From an uncultured Methanoregula sp. (GTDB lineage: Archaea; Halobacteriota; Methanomicrobia; Methanomicrobiales; Methanospirillaceae): 64,000 bases of DNA. Positions 55,507-64,000 of the stretch are shown one piece after another. The position numbers were made by a program, and so were the translations under genes. Numbering within the stretch: the stretch's first letter is position 1; every line of letters begins with the position of its first letter. The DNA is taken from positions 2,514-66,513 of the forward strand of contig CAZQGG010000009.1 in assembly GCA_964592875.1 (NCBI GenBank), given 5' to 3'. The notes beneath the pieces are model-generated. The model was not told the origin of the DNA and did not search any database. It was given only the letters and a program-made list of their open reading frames with translations.

Positions 55507-56418
55507 TCAGTCCTGGCTTAAAACAACCGAGACGACACTTCCTGCGATCTTCACTTCCAGGGCCCGTTTCAGGGAAGTTGCAAAGTCCTGGACATCTCCC
55601 ATCCGCTGCTCCGGGTCAAACCCGAGGAAGATCTCGATGTAGATCCGGCTCCCGGACCGGCGCGAGCGGACACCGTGGAACTCACTGTACTTGTCGAACG
55701 AGGAGGCGAGTTCGTTGAGGATGACGATCTGGAGTTCCTCGTCAAGGGTCTTGTCAAAGAGGTCCGGCAGCGAGGAGGAGAACTCGCGGTACCCGGCAAA
55801 GATGAGGAAGCCGATGATGATGAACGAGACGATCGGGTCGATATAATGCGCCCAGTCGTACTGGATGCAGAGAACCGAGAGCGACAGCGCAAAGAGGAGA
55901 AGAAGATTGGAGAAGGTCTTGGCCCTCCGCAGGCGCCACTGCGACTCCATGATCGGCGATGGATCCTGTTTTGAACGGTGCTGGTAGGTATGCCAGTGGT
56001 GGTAATCGGTAATGCTTGCGATGATCATGAGCGGGATACCGATATATGCGGCCATCATGTCGAACTTCTCGGGATGCATAAGCCGCTGGATAGTAAAAAG
56101 GACAAGGATAGCGATGGAGACCACCATCACGCTGCCGGTGATGACTCTTGTGAGGGTCTCGAACTTGCCCATGCCGTAATCGTAGGTGAACTTCCCGCCG
56201 GCTTTCATCCGCCGTATGATCATGAGCGCAAAGAGGGTGGCCAAGACCTCATTTGCATACTTGAAGACATCGGACAGGAGCGCAGCAGATCCGGAGAGGA
56301 TGACCGCAATGGTCTCCGGGATCAGGATGAGAAAATCCACGCAGAGACCGTGAAAGACGAGCTTCTCGCGGGACTCTTTGGCACCCTCTGCACCGTTCAC
56401 GATCTCATTGCCTGCCAT
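55507..56418 (-). CDS. Cation diffusion facilitator family transporter
   Basis: SGSAALLSD, YDYGMGKFETL, DPIVSFII, RSRRSGSRIYIEI. Confidence 0.88.
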   Translation of the reverse strand: MAGNEIVNGAEGAKESREKLVFHGLCVDFLILIPETIAVILSGSAALLSDVFKYANEVLATLFALMIIRRMKAGGKFTYDYGMGKFETLTRVITGSVMVVSIAILVLFTIQRLMHPEKFDMMAAYIGIPLMIIASITDYHHWHTYQHRSKQDPSPIMESQWRLRRAKTFSNLLLLFALSLSVLCIQYDWAHYIDPIVSFIIIGFLIFAGYREFSSSLPDLFDKTLDEELQIVILNELASSFDKYSEFHGVRSRRSGSRIYIEIFLGFDPEQRMGDVQDFATSLKRALEVKIAGSVVSVVLSQD

Positions 56419-56517
56419 AGTTGTGTATACATAGAGAGCAGGAATACTACTAAAAACCTGACATAAAAGACCAGCCGTCTCCAGAAGAGCCGGTGTTTGA
56501 AAAAAAAATGTGACGGG

Positions 56518-58209
56518 TTATTTGTGCGTGAAGTACGCCAGTATCCCGTCAGCGCCAACCGTATCGATCTTCACAAAGCCGACCCGCTCGAACTGGACAA
56601 CCTTGCCGAGTTCGGTCTTTACGGCAGGCTCGCATGCCCCTTTCATCTCCCCTTCCTGCGTGAGGAGCGTGCAGGCCACGGTTGCCTGTGCCGGCAGCCA
56701 CTGGACGATGTGAGCCTTTACTGCCCGGGCATCGGCCAGCGAGTCCCCGCCGTACGAGAATGAGGGGGTGTCGCCGTTCCACGCGATCTTCACGTTGAAG
56801 AGATCTTTTAACCGGAGCATCGGGGTGCCGGGCACCAGTTCAGCCTTCGGGATGAGGACAGAACCGGTGAACTCCAGTGTCCGCGACCCGCGGGCTGCAT
56901 CGCTCGGGTGGAGGAGGGCATGGGCCGTATGCGCCGGTGCACCCTCAATCACTGCCTCAACCGGGTCCGGCACGAAGAAGTACCGGTTCGCGGTCGGGTC
57001 CACGAGTTTCTTGTTCTCCGCATAGAGGTTATCCCACGAAAAGGAGATATCGACGTCGCCGATACCGATCGCGATCATCGCGTTCTTCACGGCCTCAGGC
57101 ATGATGCCGCGGCGGGCAAGGGCACGGAGCGTGCCGAGACGGATATCATCCCAGCCGGTGTAGGTGCCTTCCTTGATCCCGGCCCGCATCTGCGATGTAG
57201 AGAGGACAACGCCTTCGATTCCCATCCGGCCGTAGTGCCGGTACACCGGCACCTTCCAGCCGAAGTGATCGAAGATGTAGCGCTGCCGGCGGGTATTGGC
57301 GATATGGTCCTTGCCTCGGATCACGTGCGTGACACCGAGCAGGTGGTCGTCGGCCACCACCGAGAAGTTCATCAGCGGGTACACGTGTGCCTTCACCCGC
57401 GGGTGGGGAGGGGCATCGAGAATCCGGAACGCGGGGAAGTCCCGCATGGCCGGGTCGGGATGGTTGAGATCGGTCCTGATCCGGACCGAGGCCTCGCCTT
57501 CCTTGAACCCGTGGGTTAGCATCTTCTGCCAGAGTTCAAGGCTCTTTTCCACGGGCTGGTCACGGCACGGGCAGGCAATCTTCTTATTTTTGAGCTCCTT
57601 GAACTGCTCGTTATCGCAGGTGCAGACATACGCCCCGCCCCGCTCAATCAGCTGCTTGCAGAGATCATAGTAGATCGGGAGACGCTCGCTCTGGGTGACA
57701 ACCTCCGTGATGTCGAGGCCGAGCCATTTGATGTCCTCCATCACGGTCCCGTAGGCATCGGGATCCACACGTTTCGGGTCGGTGTCCTCGATCCGGAGGA
57801 TATACCGGCCGCCGCACTGCTTCACATAGGCATCGTTGAGGGCGGAGGCCCGGGCATGGCCGATGTGGAGCGGGCCCGAAGGATTCGGGGCAAACCGCAT
57901 CACGACCCCGTTCTCCGATCCCTCAAGATCGGGAAGCCCCGTCTTCTTCTCGTGCTTCTCGGAAAGGGCGGTGATCATCTCAGGTGCACGGGACTGGAGC
58001 GTTGCGACCCGCTCTTCCGGGGAAAGTTTTGCCACATCGGCGATTGCTTCCTTTGCAAGGGCCGAGACCTCTTTTGCCCGGGCACGGAGTTCCGGGTGGG
58101 CTCCCATCACCATGCCGATGACCGCTCCTGCCTGCGGCACCCCGCCGTGCTTCACGGCATTCTGGAGTGCGCACAAAAAGAGGAGTTCCTTTGGATCGTC
58201 CCCTGCCAT
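56518..58209 (-). CDS. gltX: Glutamate--tRNA ligase
   Basis: RFAPNPSGPLHIGH, LRIEDTDP, DDHLLGVTHVIRGKDH, LSTS, QFERVGF. Confidence 0.98.
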   Translation of the reverse strand: MAGDDPKELLFLCALQNAVKHGGVPQAGAVIGMVMGAHPELRARAKEVSALAKEAIADVAKLSPEERVATLQSRAPEMITALSEKHEKKTGLPDLEGSENGVVMRFAPNPSGPLHIGHARASALNDAYVKQCGGRYILRIEDTDPKRVDPDAYGTVMEDIKWLGLDITEVVTQSERLPIYYDLCKQLIERGGAYVCTCDNEQFKELKNKKIACPCRDQPVEKSLELWQKMLTHGFKEGEASVRIRTDLNHPDPAMRDFPAFRILDAPPHPRVKAHVYPLMNFSVVADDHLLGVTHVIRGKDHIANTRRQRYIFDHFGWKVPVYRHYGRMGIEGVVLSTSQMRAGIKEGTYTGWDDIRLGTLRALARRGIMPEAVKNAMIAIGIGDVDISFSWDNLYAENKKLVDPTANRYFFVPDPVEAVIEGAPAHTAHALLHPSDAARGSRTLEFTGSVLIPKAELVPGTPMLRLKDLFNVKIAWNGDTPSFSYGGDSLADARAVKAHIVQWLPAQATVACTLLTQEGEMKGACEPAVKTELGKVVQFERVGFVKIDTVGADGILAYFTHK

Positions 58210-58210
58210 T

Positions 58211-59176
58211 CTAATGACTCCGGGTAACGAAGAACTCGCCAACGTCCATTAAGAGCTGGCGTTCCTTTGAGGGAGGGAGGATCGAGAGATGTTTGTTGCT
58301 GTCAGCAACAAGGTCTGACGCGATCTTCTTCACGTCCGCGAGCACGCCCGCATCGGTGAGTTCCTGTATTGCCATCTGGATATCTGCGGCCTTGAGTTCC
58401 CGCTTATACTTCAGCAGGTCGAGACCCTTCTTTTGGGCCTTGATCATGATGATCGTCTGCTTGCCCTCGCGGAGGTCCGAGGCCTGGTCCTTCCCACTCT
58501 TCTCGGATGGGGTGAGGAGATCGATGAGATCGTCCTGGATCTGGAACGCGATACCGGTGTTCTGGCCGAAGGTGTAGAGTGCCTTCACCTGTGCTTCCGT
58601 ACCACCGGCAAGTGTTGCCCCGATTCCGGCGGCTGCGGCATAGAGGACACCGGTCTTCATCCGCACCATCTCCATGTACTCCGCTTCCGTCACATCGGTG
58701 CGGTGCTCAAAGGACATATCCATGTGCTGGCCCTCGCAGATGTCGGCACAGGCTTTGGCAAGCATCAGGATGGCCCGAACCTTGGCATCGTCCTTTGCCT
58801 TCACGGACGAGATGTGCTCGAAGGCACGGGAGTACAGGACATCCCCGGCAAGGATGCCGGTGGGCATGTCCCACTTCGTATGTACGGTCGGGACGCCCCG
58901 GCGCAGGCAGTCATCGTCCATGATATCGTCATGGATCAGCGTGAAGGTGTGGGTCACTTCAAGGGCAAGGGCGGCTTCCATCAGTCCGCCTGAGCTGCCG
59001 GCCTTCACCGCATCTGCCGCAAGCATCACGACAGCGGGACGGAGGCGCTTGCCTCCCGCCGTAAGGAGGTGGGCGGAGGCCTTGTTCAGTTCACCAGCCT
59101 TACCGACATAGAGGGTATCGATCATACGATCGATCTGCTGGGCAACGGACTTGAGATACGGTGATAATTCTGACAT
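58211..59176 (-). CDS. Geranylgeranyl diphosphate synthase (polyprenyl synthetase)
   Basis: GGKRLRP, HDDIMD, MKTG, FQIQDD, DLREGKQT. Confidence 0.95.
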   Translation of the reverse strand: MSELSPYLKSVAQQIDRMIDTLYVGKAGELNKASAHLLTAGGKRLRPAVVMLAADAVKAGSSGGLMEAALALEVTHTFTLIHDDIMDDDCLRRGVPTVHTKWDMPTGILAGDVLYSRAFEHISSVKAKDDAKVRAILMLAKACADICEGQHMDMSFEHRTDVTEAEYMEMVRMKTGVLYAAAAGIGATLAGGTEAQVKALYTFGQNTGIAFQIQDDLIDLLTPSEKSGKDQASDLREGKQTIIMIKAQKKGLDLLKYKRELKAADIQMAIQELTDAGVLADVKKIASDLVADSNKHLSILPPSKERQLLMDVGEFFVTRSH

Positions 59177-59188
59177 GGGGGTTCCTCG

Positions 59189-60526
59189 TTAGTTGATCCT
59201 GAGACGCTCGCCGTTCCTTATCACGTGAACGGTGGAATGCGGGGTGTATCCCAGTTCACCGGCGAACTGGGAGTAGGCGGCAGTCATCTTCATGCTCCCG
59301 TGGGCAGGCACGATGTGCTGGGGGCTCAGGAGCTGAACCAGCTCGTAGTGGTCCTCGCGGTAGGCGTGGCCGCTCACGTGCAGGTCCTCGAAGATCCTGA
59401 CACCGGCAAGGCCGAGCCGGGCCTCCACCAGGTAACGCTGGCCGTGGTTTAACGGGTTCGGGATGATATTTGCGGAGAAGATCACCTTGTCGCCAGGGGT
59501 CAGCTGGTACGGGGTGTCCCCGATGGCCATGCGGGTGAGGATCGACCCTGGTTCTCCCTGGTGCCCGGTGACGATCGGCAGGAACTTGTCCTTCCCCATC
59601 TTCATCATCCGGCGCAGGGTGCGGTCGACCGTTCTCCGGTTCCCAAACACGCTCGTGGTCTCGGGGAACGAGACGAGTTTCATCTGCTCGGCCGTGACCG
59701 AGTACTTCTCCATGGACCGGCCCAGGAGCACGGGTTTCCTGCCGATCTCGTGGGCACACTCCGCGATCGTCTTGATGCGGGCGATGTGCGACGAGAAGGT
59801 CGAGACGATAAGGGCGTTCTTGTCATCCTCGTAGCTCGTGATCGAATCCCGCACAAGGTCGCGGGCGATCCGTTCGCTCGGGCATCTTCCGCGGCGTTCG
59901 ATATTCGTGCTCTCCACGATCAGGGCGAGGACGCCTTCCTTACCGATCTGGCGGAGGCGGGCAAAGTCCGGGGATTCCCCAATGACCGGGGTCCGGTCGA
60001 ACTTGAAATCCAGCGCATACACGATGGCCCCGTTCGGGGTGTGAAGCACCGGAGTGACCGTATCGATGATCGAGTGCTGCGTCCGGACAAATTCGAGGAC
60101 GAGGTTTGAAGAGAGCGTGTACCGCTGCCCGGCCTTGAGCGCCAGAAGCTGGTTGTTCACACCGCACTTCTGGTCCGCAACGATCTCCTGCCGGATCAGT
60201 TCGGTGGTGTACGGGGTGGAGATGATCGGTGCATTGTAGCGCTGGGCCAGTTTCGGGATCGCCCCGATATGGTCGAGGTGCCCGTGAGAACAGACGATCG
60301 CAATGACTGTCCCGTCGTTCGGATTCAGTACCGTGTCATCGGGGATTGCCTTGATCTTGATCAGATCGGAGGCATTCATCGTCTCGATCTCTGCATCCTC
60401 GTGGATCGATATCTGATCGAGGCGGAGCCCCATATCGAATATGACAATTTCTTTTCCGCAGCGGACCGCGGTCATGTTCCGCCCGACCTCGTCGTATCCT
60501 CCCACTGCGATAATTTCTATATCCAT
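59189..60526 (-). CDS. rnj: Ribonuclease J (beta-CASP)
   Basis: GGYDEVGRNM, SHGHLDHIGA, HSII, LHVSGHA, PAHG. Confidence 0.95.
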   Translation of the reverse strand: MDIEIIAVGGYDEVGRNMTAVRCGKEIVIFDMGLRLDQISIHEDAEIETMNASDLIKIKAIPDDTVLNPNDGTVIAIVCSHGHLDHIGAIPKLAQRYNAPIISTPYTTELIRQEIVADQKCGVNNQLLALKAGQRYTLSSNLVLEFVRTQHSIIDTVTPVLHTPNGAIVYALDFKFDRTPVIGESPDFARLRQIGKEGVLALIVESTNIERRGRCPSERIARDLVRDSITSYEDDKNALIVSTFSSHIARIKTIAECAHEIGRKPVLLGRSMEKYSVTAEQMKLVSFPETTSVFGNRRTVDRTLRRMMKMGKDKFLPIVTGHQGEPGSILTRMAIGDTPYQLTPGDKVIFSANIIPNPLNHGQRYLVEARLGLAGVRIFEDLHVSGHAYREDHYELVQLLSPQHIVPAHGSMKMTAAYSQFAGELGYTPHSTVHVIRNGERLRIN

Positions 60527-60590
60527 TTTGTATCTCCTGTATCAAATCTGACGGGTATTTTTTTAAAAATCCCGTTGAATAATGGCCCGG

Positions 60591-61682
60591 TTACCGCCGG
60601 ATCCGTGCGGGGTTGTCCTTATCGATCATCTGCCGGGTGCGCCCGGTGAGGTACACCGGTGCCGACCGGAGGTCAACGGTCGCCGCTGACCCGGTCAGGA
60701 ACATCGCAGCCGTCAGTTCCCGGTGCATTGCCTCGATTGTGCCGGCAAGCGCCTCGTCGCTCTCCATCGCGGGCTTCAGGAGCGGGAGTGCCATACCACA
60801 GAGGTCAGCGCCGAACGCCAGCCCCTTTGCGATGTCAAGGCCGCTCCGGATTCCACCGGAGGCGATGACCGGCCCACCCGTTGCGAGCACCTCCGCGAGG
60901 CTGACCACGGTGGGGATTCCCCAGTTGGCGAAGTCCTGCCCAAGGCTCTTGAGCGCCCGGTCCTGTGCGCTCGTGCCGGTGCCGGCCCGGACCGCCTCAA
61001 CTGCGGCCCAAGACGTCCCGCCCCAGCCGCCGATGTCGATGGCCCGGACGCCCGCACCCCAGCACTTCCGTGCCGTGGCGGCCGAGATCCCGCACCCGGT
61101 CTCCTTGACGATGACCGGGGTCTTGAAGTCGCGGCAGAGTTCCTCGATGGCCGCAAAACACCCGGTCGCGTTGTGGTCCCCTTCCGGCTGGATGGCCTCC
61201 TGCAGGAAGTTCAAGTGAACCGCCAGGGCATCGGCTTTTATCATCCCGACTGCCTGTTCCGCCCATTCGATGCCGTGATCGCGGAGCTGGACGGCCCCGA
61301 TGTTGGCCACAAGGAACGCATGCGGTGCCTCGTCTCGCACCACGGCGAACGTGTCCGCCAGCTTCGGGTTCTCAAGGGCAGCCCGCTGGGAGCCAACCCC
61401 CATCCCAAGACCAAACCGTTCGGCAGCACGGGCGAGCCGGGCGTTCACGTCTTTCGTACCGGGGTGACCCCCGGTCATCGCGGATATGAAGAGGGGTGAC
61501 GAGAGAGTGTGGCCAAGGAAACGGGCAGAGAGGCTGATTGCGCCCATGTCGCACTCCGGCAGGGCATTGTGCACAAACCGGATATCGTTAAAGCCAGCAT
61601 CCCCGCACTCGACCGGTTCCTCAGCGCAGATGCGCAGGTGTTCCAGTTTCCGCGATGATGTGAACCGAACCTTGTCTCCCAT
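60591..61682 (-). CDS. fni: Type 2 isopentenyl-diphosphate delta-isomerase
   Basis: RKLEHL, ISAMTGG, VGSQR, HLNFLQEAIQPEGD, VKETGCG, ASGGIR. Confidence 0.97.
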   Translation of the reverse strand: MGDKVRFTSSRKLEHLRICAEEPVECGDAGFNDIRFVHNALPECDMGAISLSARFLGHTLSSPLFISAMTGGHPGTKDVNARLARAAERFGLGMGVGSQRAALENPKLADTFAVVRDEAPHAFLVANIGAVQLRDHGIEWAEQAVGMIKADALAVHLNFLQEAIQPEGDHNATGCFAAIEELCRDFKTPVIVKETGCGISAATARKCWGAGVRAIDIGGWGGTSWAAVEAVRAGTGTSAQDRALKSLGQDFANWGIPTVVSLAEVLATGGPVIASGGIRSGLDIAKGLAFGADLCGMALPLLKPAMESDEALAGTIEAMHRELTAAMFLTGSAATVDLRSAPVYLTGRTRQMIDKDNPARIRR

Positions 61683-61693
61683 AATTGTCCCTC

Positions 61694-62452
61694 TTAATCG
61701 TTCCTTACGCTCGTCCCGCCGTGTGCGGACCCTGCGAGGAAGTCCGCCACCCGCGAGACGTGAAAGATGTCCGACCCGATCCCCGCATCAGCGAGGCCGA
61801 GCAGCTCATCGATCTTCCCCCTCATGCCACCGGTAACATCGGTATGTTTCGAGTCGCCGATATGGATCGATGAGACGGTGTGCCGGGTGATCACCGGCAC
61901 CACACACCCGTCTCCATCCAGCACTCCCGGTACATCGGTGGCGAGCCCCACGCAACGGATCTGAAGGGAGGCCGCGAGATACCGCACGAGCTGGTCGCCC
62001 GAGACGATACAGGCACCCCGGGTAAGGTCCATCACCACGTCACCGTGGATCACGGGGACCATGCCGAGAGCGAGCATCTTCTCCAGGTGCCGGCACTCGA
62101 ACCCGATGAGCCTGCCGTTCTCTGCCACCGCCACGTGGAACGGATGGACACCGGCAGCCGCAACGCCCTTCTCGCGAAGGGCGGTGACCACCGCGTCATT
62201 GAGCCCGCTGACTGCCCGGTGCGTGACATAGATACCATCGGTCTTCCCGGAGACCGCCCCCACATCAAGGTGGTAGCGTTTGGCCTCAGGATGCCCGCAG
62301 GAACCGGCACCATGAATGATGACGATCCCGTCCGCCTTCGCCTCCGCGACGGCCGCGGCAATGGTGGCAAGGCTCTCCCGGTTGATTGCGCAGTCGGCGC
62401 TCTTATCAGTAAGTATGCTGCCGCCGAGTTTTAATATTACCCCTTCAGACAT
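61694..62452 (-). CDS. ipk: Isopentenyl phosphate kinase
   Basis: ILKLGGSILTDK, IHGAGSCGH, PVIHGDV, SGDQL, DVTGGMRGK. Confidence 0.95.
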   Translation of the reverse strand: MSEGVILKLGGSILTDKSADCAINRESLATIAAAVAEAKADGIVIIHGAGSCGHPEAKRYHLDVGAVSGKTDGIYVTHRAVSGLNDAVVTALREKGVAAAGVHPFHVAVAENGRLIGFECRHLEKMLALGMVPVIHGDVVMDLTRGACIVSGDQLVRYLAASLQIRCVGLATDVPGVLDGDGCVVPVITRHTVSSIHIGDSKHTDVTGGMRGKIDELLGLADAGIGSDIFHVSRVADFLAGSAHGGTSVRND

Positions 62453-63314
62453 TCTTCTCCTTCCGCACGCCTTCCGTGTCGATGCCGGTGACGATCGCCC
62501 GGGCATCGCAGGCCTCGATCGCCTTTGCCACCCGGTGCTTCAGCGGCTTGGGGCAGAGGGCAATCATGCTCCCACCCCCGCCGGCTCCCGTGATCTTGGC
62601 ACCGAATGCTCCTGCCGACCGGGCCGCAAGCACCATCTTTCCCAGTTGCGGGTGCCCGACCCCGAGCACTTCCAGGAGGGCATGGTTCATGTTCATGTAC
62701 CGCCCGAGTTCACGCGGATCGTGGAGACGGTGGATCGCGGCGAGGCTGACCCCCTCGATCGCATCCAGCACCGGGTCCACAATCGCGGGGTTGGTCTTCT
62801 TCAGGTTGGCCACCTGCTCGACCATCTTTGAGGTACTGTGCGAGACCATAGAATCCCCGACAACGAGGTGCATGTTCTGCGGGGGCAGTATCCGCCGGGA
62901 TCCCCCGGTGATCAGGACAATGCCCCCGTAGGTCGCAACCGTGGTGTCCGTGGGACTCGCCCTGCCCTTCTGCACCGCCTTCTCGATCTCAAAGGCCATG
63001 TTGGCGATGTCCTCGCGGGTCTTGTGGAGCGAGAACTCGTCATTGATGGCAGAGAGTGTTGCAACCGTCACCGCAGCGGACGACCCGAGTCCCGAGGAAC
63101 TCGGGATCTGCGAGTTGATGTACACGCTGCCGACAACGCCCATCTGCTCAAAACAGCTGTCGATATAGGGGGATTTTGCCCGGGCTGCCCGTTTGGTGTT
63201 CCGCACCGTGACATACACGCGGGGCTTGATCGCCATCGCGATACCGGGCTTGCCATAGACCACGGCATGCTCCCCGAAGAGGAAGACCTTGCCCGGCGCA
63301 CTCCACGTTGCCAA
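62445..63314 (-). CDS. mvk: Mevalonate kinase
   Basis: SAPGKVFLFGEHAVVYG, PSSSGLGSSAA, GAKITGAGGGG; TTG start. Confidence 0.96.
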   Translation of the reverse strand: MATWSAPGKVFLFGEHAVVYGKPGIAMAIKPRVYVTVRNTKRAARAKSPYIDSCFEQMGVVGSVYINSQIPSSSGLGSSAAVTVATLSAINDEFSLHKTREDIANMAFEIEKAVQKGRASPTDTTVATYGGIVLITGGSRRILPPQNMHLVVGDSMVSHSTSKMVEQVANLKKTNPAIVDPVLDAIEGVSLAAIHRLHDPRELGRYMNMNHALLEVLGVGHPQLGKMVLAARSAGAFGAKITGAGGGGSMIALCPKPLKHRVAKAIEACDARAIVTGIDTEGVRKEKNV

Positions 63315-63315
63315 C

Positions 63316-64000
63316 CTAGATCACCGCAATACCGGCATAGCCGACAACGTTCGCATAATCGCCGGTCATGTCACCGCTGGTCATGTACCTGAGGAGGGTC
63401 CCTTGTGTTGCCCCGAGCCCGGCACAGGCAATCACCATCGCCGTGATCGGCCCGTAGCCGCAGGCAGTAACCCGCCGTTTTGCAATCCTTCGGTAGAACT
63501 CTTTTGTGTCAAGGTGCTCTAATGGTTCGATCGCCCAGAGATCGTCGGCCTTTGCTTTCGCTTCCGGCACATAGTGCGAGAAGTCGCTGGAGGCAACAAT
63601 CCGGACATCGCGACGGGTCTTCTTGATCGCAGAAAGGATACGCTCACCAACCTCGATTGCCGACGCGTAACTCTGGTCGCCCATCATCACCGGCGCGATT
63701 CGGGCCCGGGGGAAGCGGTACTTGATGAACGGTACCTGCACCTCGATCGAGTGCTCGTCCTCGTGCGAGGGCTCATCGATCCCGATTGCAAGGGCATGGA
63801 CAAACTCCGCATCCGTATCGACCACGCCAAGCGGGGTCTCCCACGGGATCGCAGAAGTACTGGTGACATACCCGTGATGGGACGGCCCGATCACGACAAA
63901 GGTGCCATCAAAGTCAGGTGTGATCGTTCCAAAAGAACAGGCAGCAACCGGTCCCGAATAGATATACCCGGCGTGAGGGGCAACAATCCCGAGCGGGTTT
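63316..64000 (-). CDS. MEMO1-family protein (AmmeMemoRadiSam protein B), truncated by window edge
   Basis: Reading beyond the listed ORF gives VAPHAGYIYSG; GPSHHG, EHSIEVQVPF, ASSDFSHY, CGYGPI, YMTSGD. Confidence 0.93.
   Translation of the reverse strand, partial: NPLGIVAPHAGYIYSGPVAACSFGTITPDFDGTFVVIGPSHHGYVTSTSAIPWETPLGVVDTDAEFVHALAIGIDEPSHEDEHSIEVQVPFIKYRFPRARIAPVMMGDQSYASAIEVGERILSAIKKTRRDVRIVASSDFSHYVPEAKAKADDLWAIEPLEHLDTKEFYRRIAKRRVTACGYGPITAMVIACAGLGATQGTLLRYMTSGDMTGDYANVVGYAGIAVI

Noticed and set aside
56518-63314. RNase J and gltX embedded in the isoprenoid (mvk-ipk-fni-GGPPS) operon as a novel association
   Set aside because: This gene order is a well-known conserved cluster in euryarchaea.
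1-64000. Numerous long antisense and alternate-frame ORFs in the track; tRNA, rRNA, CRISPR, IS elements
   Set aside because: The shadow ORFs are expected from high GC3 codon bias opposite real genes. I recognised no tRNA cloverleaf, rRNA, repeat-spacer array, transposase or integrase.

Overview
Chromosomal segment of a GC-rich methanogenic archaeon, most consistent with Methanomicrobiales (Methanoregula-like). The call rests on cofC/cofG/cofE, the archaeal mvk-ipk-fni-rnj-GGPPS-gltX cluster, smc-scpA and PEGA/COG1361 surface proteins. Most of the window is housekeeping. Three accessory features stand out. (1) At 14.6-25.7 kb, a receptor-type Hanks Ser/Thr kinase (extracellular beta-helix domain, one TM helix) is coupled to a wHTH-FHA transcription factor. 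It is flanked by three transcription units: small ORF-GT-C glycosyltransferase-GtrA-small ORF, a low-complexity lipoprotein, and COG1361 protein-ABC exporter. Their upstream regions share an identical GGTTCAAT box exactly 46 bp from a TATA-like box, which suggests a kinase/FHA-controlled cell-surface regulon. (2) Two AT-rich orphan genes (28.4-29.3 kb membrane protein; 36.6-38.5 kb SIR2-like protein) carry the same 22-bp site (21/22 identical) at their 3' boundary and a TTAACAA core about 40 bp before their ATG, suggesting site-specific single-gene cassettes. (3) A HepT/MNT toxin-antitoxin pair is bracketed by ~130-bp structured direct repeats. Also seen: PurC with a histone-H1-like basic tail, a bacterial-type RNase III, a glyA-folD-folP-cofE-like operon with a structured upstream region, a frameshifted MFS gene, and a PadR-HAAS-Toastrack envelope operon with a palindromic operator. 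I recognised no tRNA, rRNA, CRISPR array, transposase or integrase. All family calls come from motif recognition by eye, not database searches.
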